A stretch of DNA of 54,201 nt from an uncultured Staphylococcaceae bacterium (lineage in GTDB: Bacteria; Bacillota_I; Bacilli_A; RFN20; CAG-826): NCBI GenBank assembly GCA_964433025.1, contig CAYSPV010000004.1:8458-62658 (forward strand). The letters run 5' to 3'. Both the position numbers and the translations under genes were made by a program. Positions 18,558 through 25,153 of this stretch are shown here, piece by piece. The notes beneath the pieces were generated by a model. The model saw only the letters and a list, made by a program, of their open reading frames with translations. It was not told the DNA's origin and did not search any database. Position 1 is the first letter of the stretch, and each line of letters starts with the position of its first letter.

Positions 18558-19543
18558 GCAAAGCTTTAGAATATTTAAAATCATCTTTTTTAAGACCTTT
18601 ATTATTAGATGAAGATATTACAGATATCTCTTATAATGGCAAAGATATATATTATCAAAATAATATATTAGGTCGTCAAAAATATGAAATAGAAGTAAGT
18701 AAAACCACAGTGTTTGACTTTTTAAGACAGATCGCAAATCTATGTCAAGAATCCTTTTCTATTTCTAAACCTATTTTAGATGTATCAATTAAAAATTATC
18801 GGTTAAACGCAACATATCTATCTATAGCTAGAAATGATTATGAAGAATGTGTCACATTCTCATTAAGAATAAGTAGAGACCTTTTATATATTAATGATAA
18901 AAACTTTATGCCAAATGATGTTAAAAACTTTTTAATTAACCTAGTTAAAAATAAACAATCTATTATTATTGGAGGTCAAACCTCTACTGGTAAAACCGAA
19001 TTACAAAAATATTTAATTAGACATTTTAAGGCTAACACTAAGGCTATTATTATTGATAATGTTTTGGAGTTAAACACTCTTACTAATTTAGATAATATTG
19101 ACGTCACATGTTGGCAATTTGATAGTTATAAAGATAATGATTTAACACTTTTAATTAAAAATTCATTAAGAAATAATCCTGATTATTTAATAATCGCTGA
19201 ATCTAGAGGCGAAGAGATGTTTGATATATTAACCGCAGCAATGGGAGGCACTCCTATTATTACCACGATTCATGGTGATAATATTCATAATCTTATTCAT
19301 CGAATTATTTCTTTAACTTTATTAAGTAAGAAAAAGTTAACACCTGAATATGTTAAAAGTGATGTTATAAATACATTACATTATTATGTCTTTTTAAAAA
19401 GTCATACAAATAAAAACAATATAATCACTCGTCATGTTGAACAAATAGGTTATATAGATAGTAGTGAGAAGATGACTATTATTTATGACCGTATTAATAA
19501 AATTAATAATTTAGATAAATACAAAATAATTAGTGAGGTATAA
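18548..19543 (+). CDS. Secretion/type IV filament ATPase, CpaF(TadA)/VirB11 family
   Basis: 331 aa. N-terminal ITDISYNGKDIYYQ, Walker A GGQTSTGKTE, YLIIAESRGEEMFDILTAAMGG and a His-box-like TTIHGDN. Confidence 0.8.
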   Translation: MDLSKALEYLKSSFLRPLLLDEDITDISYNGKDIYYQNNILGRQKYEIEVSKTTVFDFLRQIANLCQESFSISKPILDVSIKNYRLNATYLSIARNDYEECVTFSLRISRDLLYINDKNFMPNDVKNFLINLVKNKQSIIIGGQTSTGKTELQKYLIRHFKANTKAIIIDNVLELNTLTNLDNIDVTCWQFDSYKDNDLTLLIKNSLRNNPDYLIIAESRGEEMFDILTAAMGGTPIITTIHGDNIHNLIHRIISLTLLSKKKLTPEYVKSDVINTLHYYVFLKSHTNKNNIITRHVEQIGYIDSSEKMTIIYDRINKINNLDKYKIISEV

Positions 19544-19545
19544 AT

Positions 19546-20262
19546 ATGAAGAAAAAATTAATTGTCGTGGACCTTATTATCATATTATTAGCTACGTTAT
19601 CTAGCTATATCGCTAGTGATAATATTTTTATTGCGTTAGTTATACTTGCAATATATGGTCTTTATTTCTTTATTTTCTTTAATCGTTTTTATGTTAAATA
19701 TGAAAACAATACAAGTAGGTATCATGAATGTTTTCATTTTATAAATGATTATACGATTGCTTTAAGTAATTATGAGTCATTACTAGGGGCATTTGAAGCG
19801 ATTCAAGATAATTTTTCATTATCTTTAAAAAAAGAAATTGAAGGAGTGGAAAATGTCGATATTTTAGAAAAAATCAAGTATTTGCAGAGTTATTTTCCAT
19901 TTCATATGTATTATTTGTTTACTCAAATAATTGAAATTTATGATCGACAAGGTGGAAATATATTAGATATGACTACCTATTTAACTAAACAATCTAGAAG
20001 TTTAGAAGAGCATATAGACGCGGCTAAAAAATATAGGAACACGAAGATATTAGAACTATCTCTATTATGGGGAGCGTGTATTCTAATTTTAATTTTTATT
20101 AGATTTGGCTTAGCACAGTTTTTTGAAACATTAAAAGGTGAACCTATATTTATTATTTGTATCGTTATCTTTTATTTATTCCTTTTAATGTTTATACATA
20201 TTGCATTAAACATCTTATTTAAGATAGATATCAGGAGATTTGCTAAATATGAAAAGAATTAA
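19546..20262 (+). CDS. TadB-like half-size platform membrane protein (single T2SSF-like domain)
   Basis: 238 aa. Two N-terminal TM helices, a cytoplasmic helical domain and two C-terminal TM helices, directly after the ATPase. Confidence 0.6.
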   Translation: MKKKLIVVDLIIILLATLSSYIASDNIFIALVILAIYGLYFFIFFNRFYVKYENNTSRYHECFHFINDYTIALSNYESLLGAFEAIQDNFSLSLKKEIEGVENVDILEKIKYLQSYFPFHMYYLFTQIIEIYDRQGGNILDMTTYLTKQSRSLEEHIDAAKKYRNTKILELSLLWGACILILIFIRFGLAQFFETLKGEPIFIICIVIFYLFLLMFIHIALNILFKIDIRRFAKYEKN

Positions 20263-20917
20263 GTTATATTTTGAATCTTTAAATCTATCTTATAAAAAAG
20301 AATTATCTTTATTTTTAATCACTAATTTGTGTTTAATTAGTATGGCTATTGTAACGTTTATATTATTATCATCTATCTTATTTTTAGCGGTATTTTTAGT
20401 AGTAGATGTAATCGCAAATATTGTGCTTATGATGCGATATAGTGTTATTAAAGATAAAATCTTAAAATCTCATGAAAATGAATTTATATATTTTATCCAA
20501 TATATTGAAATATTTTTATCTAATAACTATAACGTCTATAGTGCTTTAGAAGCGGTTAAAAGTTTTACATCTAATTGGATGCAAGAAAGAATAGATGAAT
20601 TAATTAATGATATTGATAATGATAAATCTATTACTCCTTTTATTAATTTTGCCAAAAACTTTAAAACTCCGATTGTCACTAATGTGATGATAAATATTTA
20701 TCAAATGGTGGAGCAAGGGGAAGATAAAAGTCGTTTACAACAATTTGATTTATTATTTGTTAGATTTTTTGAAAATCATCAAGAAATAGAAACCCTTACC
20801 TTAAAAAAGAAAATGGATAATTTATCCATGTATCCCTTAATAGGCGCGGGAATTATTACCATTATGCTTATTATAGGTGTGGTTTTAATAATGGAGGAAA
20901 TGATTAATGTCTTATAA
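20249..20917 (+). CDS. TadC-like half-size platform membrane protein
   Basis: Same architecture as the preceding gene. The ATG at 20249 overlaps the upstream stop (20262). Confidence 0.6.
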   Translation: MKRIKLYFESLNLSYKKELSLFLITNLCLISMAIVTFILLSSILFLAVFLVVDVIANIVLMMRYSVIKDKILKSHENEFIYFIQYIEIFLSNNYNVYSALEAVKSFTSNWMQERIDELINDIDNDKSITPFINFAKNFKTPIVTNVMINIYQMVEQGEDKSRLQQFDLLFVRFFENHQEIETLTLKKKMDNLSMYPLIGAGIITIMLIIGVVLIMEEMINVL

Positions 20918-21248
20918 GATTTCAATGATTTTATCAATGATATTTGTAGCTTTATTTTTTGTTTTAGGAATAGATTTAATTAACTTACAAATTGCCTATA
21001 CAGAACTAGACCAAAAAGCAATCGCTATTAGTTATGAAATCGCCAAAACTGGAAATCTAACTAGAACCACGATCTTAAATATACAGTTAGAATATGGCGT
21101 TACTTTTACATGTGATAGCAATTGCTCCCCATCTTTTGGTGACATAGTTTTGTTTACTATAAGCGATGTATATGATCCTATTGTTATTAGTAATCAAACA
21201 ATAACCATCTCCATACAACGCACATCAATTATCGGATATTATTCTTAA
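20907..21248 (+). CDS. TadE-like / pseudopilin-like protein
   Basis: 113 aa. N-terminal hydrophobic helix ISMILSMIFVALFFVLGIDLINLQIAY followed by a small beta-rich domain. Overlaps the upstream stop. Confidence 0.5.
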   Translation: MSYKISMILSMIFVALFFVLGIDLINLQIAYTELDQKAIAISYEIAKTGNLTRTTILNIQLEYGVTFTCDSNCSPSFGDIVLFTISDVYDPIVISNQTITISIQRTSIIGYYS

Positions 21249-21263
21249 GAAAGGAGGATGAAA

Positions 21264-21440
21264 ATGTCTGAAATAAAGGGCCAATTATTAGGTATATTAT
21301 TAGTTATTGCTATATTTGGAGTTGTAAGTGCAGCCTTAATAAGCATCTTTAACAATCTTGTAGACACTGTAGCAAGCGAAGTTGATGAAATACAAACATC
21401 AATTATTGCCATAAAAACTGATTTACTAACTTATTATTAA
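21264..21440 (+). CDS. Flp-type pilin-like small protein (58 aa)
   Basis: AGGAGG 7 nt upstream of the ATG at 21264. MSEIKG|QLLGILLVIAIFGVVSAALISIF: a short charged leader ending in Gly, a 22-residue hydrophobic helix, then a short tail. Confidence 0.55.
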   Translation: MSEIKGQLLGILLVIAIFGVVSAALISIFNNLVDTVASEVDEIQTSIIAIKTDLLTYY

Positions 21441-21465
21441 TAAAAAAAATATTAAATAACTATCT

Positions 21466-21497
21466 AAAGAGGGGTGATGCCCTTCTTTATTTTTTTT
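21466..21497 (+). terminator. Rho-independent terminator of the pilus-like operon
   Basis: aaagaggg / cccttcttt stem (one bulge) followed by attttttttt. Confidence 0.6.
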
Positions 21498-21546
21498 ATA
21501 GAATATTAAATCAATTTTTATATAATTTATAAAAGAGGTAAAAATT

Positions 21547-21774
21547 ATGGAAGATATTCAAGCTAAAATTAGAGAAATAATTTCCAAACACGTTGATATT
21601 ACTTCAACAAAAGAAGACACTCCATTATCTGAATTAGATATTGATTCTTTAGATCTAGTGGAAGCCATGATGGATCTAGAAGAAGAATTTAAAATTGAAT
21701 TTGAAAACGATGAAATTTTAAATTTAAAATGCTTTAATGACATCGTAAATTTAATTAATAAAAAAATTAGCTAA
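21547..21774 (+). CDS. acpP: Acyl carrier protein (orphan)
   Basis: 75 aa, acidic, with the phosphopantetheine attachment motif LDIDSLDLVE. Confidence 0.85.
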   Translation: MEDIQAKIREIISKHVDITSTKEDTPLSELDIDSLDLVEAMMDLEEEFKIEFENDEILNLKCFNDIVNLINKKIS

Positions 21775-21863
21775 CTTTTAATAAAATTTAGACTATTTTA
21801 ATTAAAAAAACTTGCTTTTAACATTATGTATATGTTAATATTCATTTTGCGTTAAAAACGCCC

Positions 21864-21939
21864 GCCTACTTAGCTCAGTCGGTAGAGCAATCGGCTGTTA
21901 ACCGATCGGTCGTGGGTTCGAGTCCCTCAGTAGGCGCCA
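21864..21939 (+). tRNA. tRNA-Asn (anticodon GUU)
   Basis: GCCTACTTAGCTCAGTCGGTAGAGCAATCGGCTGTTAACCGATCGGTCGTGGGTTCGAGTCCCTCAGTAGGCGCCA. Anticodon loop CTGTTAA. There is one T-T mismatch in the T stem. CCA is encoded. Confidence 0.88.
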
Positions 21940-21947
21940 GTAAATAT

Positions 21948-22024
21948 GGCCCGTTGGAGAAGTGGCTTAACTCACATGCCTTTCACGCATGCACTCATGG
22001 GTTCGAATCCCGTACGGGTCACCA
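21948..22024 (+). tRNA. tRNA-Glu (anticodon UUC)
   Basis: GGCCCGTTGGAGAAGTGGCTTAACTCACATGCCTTTCACGCATGCACTCATGGGTTCGAATCCCGTACGGGTCACCA. Anticodon loop CTTTCAC. CCA is encoded. Confidence 0.92.
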
Positions 22025-22102
22025 ACTTAGATAATATGTCTGGACACTATGTGAACAGACTTTTTTTGTCTTTAATGTGTAAATTTAATCCCATGTTTAT
22101 TA

Positions 22103-22144
22103 AATTCGGGGGAATTCGGGGGAATTCGGGGGAATTCGGGGGGG
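22103..22144 (+). repeat. Tandem decamer (AATTCGGGGG)x4 plus GG; four G5-G7 runs separated by 5-nt loops (G-quadruplex consensus)
   Basis: Read directly: aattcggggg aattcggggg aattcggggg aattcggggg gg. It also creates three tandem GAATTC sites. Confidence 0.95.
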
Positions 22145-22257
22145 ATTTATAAAGTGAACAAAAAATTTAAAATGTGTACGCTGGGCGTAGATAATTTTGA
22201 AAATATAACAATGTAAAAAATACGACTCCGCCTAGGATTTACATGCAAATTTCGACC

Positions 22258-22287
22258 TTGACAAAATAAAACGGGGGGGGTTATGAT
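22258..22287 (+). promoter_or_regulatory. Sigma-70-type promoter TTGACA-N18-TATGAT with a G8 homopolymer inside the spacer
   Basis: ttgaca (22258-22263), an 18-nt spacer containing g22273-g22280, then tatgat (22282-22287). AGGAGG at 22294-22299 and ATG at 22307 follow. Confidence 0.55.
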
Positions 22288-22306
22288 TTTCCTAGGAGGA
22301 AAAAAT

Positions 22307-22543
22307 ATGGTAATGAGTGATGAAGAAATTTTAGTCAAATATTTTGGTGGTAGACCACAGTGGAACGGAAATAAATTGTCCAGAATTGGTACTGCAAGTG
22401 TTCAATATTCGGGAAATCGTATTTATAAAGTTGGCAGTGCTAGAATTGAATATTCTGGTAACAAACTTTATAAAGTTGATGGAGAAAGAGTTTTGTGGTC
22501 TGGTAATAAAGTTTCTAAAATTGGTTCAGTAAGAATTTCATAG
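22307..22543 (+). CDS. Small cytoplasmic protein built from 15-residue tandem repeats (x-[WY]-[SN]-G-N-[KR]-[LIV]-x-[KR]-[IV]-[GD])
   Basis: 78 aa from the RBS-supported ATG at 22307. The track start at 22283 lies inside the -10 box. Repeats: RPQWNGNKLSRIGTA / SVQYSGNRIYKVGSA / RIEYSGNKLYKVDGE / RVLWSGNKVSKIGSV. Confidence 0.65.
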   Translation: MVMSDEEILVKYFGGRPQWNGNKLSRIGTASVQYSGNRIYKVGSARIEYSGNKLYKVDGERVLWSGNKVSKIGSVRIS

Positions 22544-22634
22544 TGTAAAAAATATAAAGAAGTGTTTATACATAAATAAAATTATTTTTTGGTGGAAAGA
22601 CAAATAGATTAAAAGATAAGGATAATATATAGCA

Positions 22635-23537
22635 ATGAATAAACTAGAATACGTAGCAAGATCACTAAGTAGAGGAACAAAAAAAGTTTATGAAACTTAT
22701 GTAATTAATGCTATTTATCAAAAGATCAATAATCCTAATTTAGAGATTGAAACTCAAAAAGGAATAAATCTTGAAAATGGTTATTGCCCTTTAATCGATC
22801 TTTATTTACCTCAATTGAAAATCGCAATTGAAGTTGATGAAGGTTATCACGCTAATGAAGGACAATCTGAGCATGATATTTGGCGAGAAAAATCTATAAA
22901 TAATCAGATTCAAAAATCTTGTGTTATTGATAATATTCAATTTGAAAGAATAGCAGCTTATGATGTTTCTTTAGAAGAATTAAATAAGAGAATAGATGAA
23001 GTAGTTTCTCTTATTCAAAAAAAGATAGAAGAAAGAGTCAATCCATTAGAATGGAAAGATCAACAGGAAAAAATTGAAGAAATTAAAACAAGAGGTTATA
23101 TCGAAGCAGATGATTGTTTTGATACAAATGTACAAATAATAAATATTGTATATGGAAGAAATTTAAGAGGATTTCAGAGGGCATCCTATAAATTATTATG
23201 GTTTCCAGTAATATCCTATGAAGATGAAGAAAAGCAATTATCAAGTAGAGCAACATGGCAAAATATCTTTAATGATACACATACTATAATTTATGAACGT
23301 TCAATAGATGAAAGAATAAATTCAAACAAACAAGAAGGATGTCTTAAGAGACAAAAAGAAGGTAATAAGCGCGTCGTATTTGTACGAGATAGGGATACGT
23401 TTGGAAAAACACGAAAAAGATTTGTAGGTGTTTTTGAAGCAGGCGGATGGGACGATAATAAAAAAGCCGAAATCTGGAAGTGTGTACTTACTAAAATTAA
23501 AATTCCTATAGATGAAGACACTATATGGAAATTATAA
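22635..23537 (+). CDS. PvuRts1I/AbaSI-family-like modification-dependent (type IV) restriction endonuclease
   Basis: 300 aa. The N-terminal Vsr-like PD-(D/E)xK core IDLYLPQLKIAIEVDEGYH is preceded by YVARSLSRGTKKVYETYVINAI. The C-terminal RVVFVRDRDTFGKTRKRFVGVFE segment matches my recollection of the PvuRts1I layout (~293 aa). No search was run. Confidence 0.62.
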   Translation: MNKLEYVARSLSRGTKKVYETYVINAIYQKINNPNLEIETQKGINLENGYCPLIDLYLPQLKIAIEVDEGYHANEGQSEHDIWREKSINNQIQKSCVIDNIQFERIAAYDVSLEELNKRIDEVVSLIQKKIEERVNPLEWKDQQEKIEEIKTRGYIEADDCFDTNVQIINIVYGRNLRGFQRASYKLLWFPVISYEDEEKQLSSRATWQNIFNDTHTIIYERSIDERINSNKQEGCLKRQKEGNKRVVFVRDRDTFGKTRKRFVGVFEAGGWDDNKKAEIWKCVLTKIKIPIDEDTIWKL

Positions 23538-23585
23538 GTTAAATAGAAAAATCAGGAATTTAATAGAACAATTTACATATAAAAA

Positions 23586-23690
23586 ATCAAAAAAATATAA
23601 AATGAAATATCAAAAAAAAGTAAAATGATTTATCAAAAAAATATAAAATGAAATATCAAAAAAAAGTAAAATAGATATTGAAATATCACC
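23586..23690 (+). repeat. Iteron-like array: 46-bp unit x2, itself made of ~23-bp sub-repeats ATCAAAAAAA(T/AG)TAAAATGA(A/T)(A/T)T
   Basis: 23586-23626 and 23632-23672 are essentially identical. Four successive ATCAAAAAAA-initiated units fall at a spacing of about 23 bp, upstream of the ATPase gene. Confidence 0.85.
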
Positions 23691-23721
23691 AGCATCGTAT
23701 ATAATTTTATTAGGAAAAAAT

Positions 23722-25011
23722 ATGATGAAAAAAGGTTATTTTAATAGAATTGCAGATAAGATTTTAGAATCAAAACTTAAAACTTTTGGCGCTGCAAACA
23801 TTGTTGGACCTAAGTGGTGTGGTAAATCTACAACTGCTTTACAACAAGCAAAAAGTTCTATATTGTTACAAAAATCTATAGAAATAGAAAATTTATTATA
23901 TTCAGGTAGAATTGAACCTTATCTTTTATTAGAGGGTGAAAAACCTAGACTAATAGATGAATGGCAAGACGCTCCTTTTATATGGGACGCTGTTAGATCT
24001 TATTGTGATGAAAATAGTGGTCGAGGTCATTTTATATTAACTGGATCTTCTTCTAAATTTGTAACTACTAAACATACTGGTACAGGTCGTATATCTACTA
24101 TGAAGATGTATCCGATGAGTTTATATGAATCAAAAGAATCAAATGGCACTGTTTCTTTAATGAAGTTATTTGATAAAAAAGAAGATTTAAAAAATGGATG
24201 TATTTCTAATTTAAAAAGAAAAGACATTATACACGCTGCTTGTCGTGGTGGATGGCCTGCTAGTGTTTTATTAAAAGATAAAAAAGCTCAATTAGCCATT
24301 GCTAAAGATTATTTTAATCAGATTTATGAAAAAGATATGTTTAGTGTTGATGATGTTAAACGTAATCAAGAAACCATGAAAGCAATATTAAGAAGTTATG
24401 CTAGAAATATATCTACATTAGCTAAAAAGAAAACTATTTTAGAAGATGTAAGTGCTACAAATCCTATAACACAAGCTACGCTTGATAATTATATAGAAAT
24501 ATTAGAAAGACTATATATAGTGGAAGATATTCATGGGTGGTCACCACAGATTAGATCAAAAACCGCGATAAGAAATGGAAGAAAAAGAGAATTTGTAGAT
24601 CCTTCAATTGCAGTCGCGGCTTTAGGTGGTTCACCAAAAATCTATTCAAAAGATTTTAAGAGCTTTGGTTTTATATTTGAAACCCTTTGTATTAGAGATT
24701 TAAGAGTGTATTCATCTGCTTTTAATGGTCATATTTCTTATTATCATGATAATTTAGATCTAGAAGCTGATTGTGTTTTAAGTTTGGACGATGGTAGATA
24801 TGCAGTTATTGAATTTAAATTTGGTGATTTTGAAGTTGATAAAGGTGCTGAAAACCTAAATAAATTAGAATCTTTAATAGATAAATTTAATCAAACTCAT
24901 AACGCTAAAATACGTATGCCTGATTTAAAAATTGTAATAACCGCAGGTGAATATGGATATAAGCGTGATGATGGTGTGTTTGTTATACCTATTGGATGTT
25001 TAAAAGATTAA
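23722..25011 (+). CDS. AAA_14-type ATPase with a C-terminal DUF4143 (PD-(D/E)xK-like) domain
   Basis: Walker A GPKWCGKST, Walker B-like LIDEWQDAP...FILTGSS, and C-terminal GFIFETLCIRDL...DLEADCVL...AVIEFKFG. Confidence 0.85.
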   Translation: MMKKGYFNRIADKILESKLKTFGAANIVGPKWCGKSTTALQQAKSSILLQKSIEIENLLYSGRIEPYLLLEGEKPRLIDEWQDAPFIWDAVRSYCDENSGRGHFILTGSSSKFVTTKHTGTGRISTMKMYPMSLYESKESNGTVSLMKLFDKKEDLKNGCISNLKRKDIIHAACRGGWPASVLLKDKKAQLAIAKDYFNQIYEKDMFSVDDVKRNQETMKAILRSYARNISTLAKKKTILEDVSATNPITQATLDNYIEILERLYIVEDIHGWSPQIRSKTAIRNGRKREFVDPSIAVAALGGSPKIYSKDFKSFGFIFETLCIRDLRVYSSAFNGHISYYHDNLDLEADCVLSLDDGRYAVIEFKFGDFEVDKGAENLNKLESLIDKFNQTHNAKIRMPDLKIVITAGEYGYKRDDGVFVIPIGCLKD

Positions 25012-25039
25012 TTAGTAAATATTTTAATTTAAGGTGATT

Positions 25040-25139
25040 CGACCAAAATAATGCATATGCGACCAAAAAAGTATAATAAATGGTCGTAAAGTATAAATAG
25101 CATATTGTTTTTCTACCAAAAATATGTAATAATTGGTCG
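25040..25139 (+). promoter_or_regulatory. Repeated CGACCAAAA / TGGTCG motifs bracketing -10-like boxes upstream of fic (candidate operators)
   Basis: cgaccaaaa at 25040 and 25060. Inverted tggtcg at about 25081 and 25134. ctaccaaaa at 25113. GACCA-N16-TGGTC spans TATAAT (25072-25077). Confidence 0.35.
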
Positions 25140-25153
25140 AAAGAAGTGAAACC

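Noticed and set aside
21946-22152. 68-aa + strand ORF
   Set aside because: It starts inside tRNA-Glu(UUC) and runs through the G-rich decamer repeat. The tRNA fold explains the sequence.
22147-22338. 63-aa minus-strand ORF (and the alternative-frame + ORF at 22344-22532)
   Set aside because: These overlap the promoter/RBS and the repeat-protein gene. They have no RBS, and the in-frame 15-aa periodicity supports only the 22307-22543 frame.
22103-23690. Possible CRISPR array (decamer repeat; 23/46-bp repeats)
   Set aside because: The repeats are contiguous with no unique spacers, the units are too short or too A-rich, and no cas genes are present.
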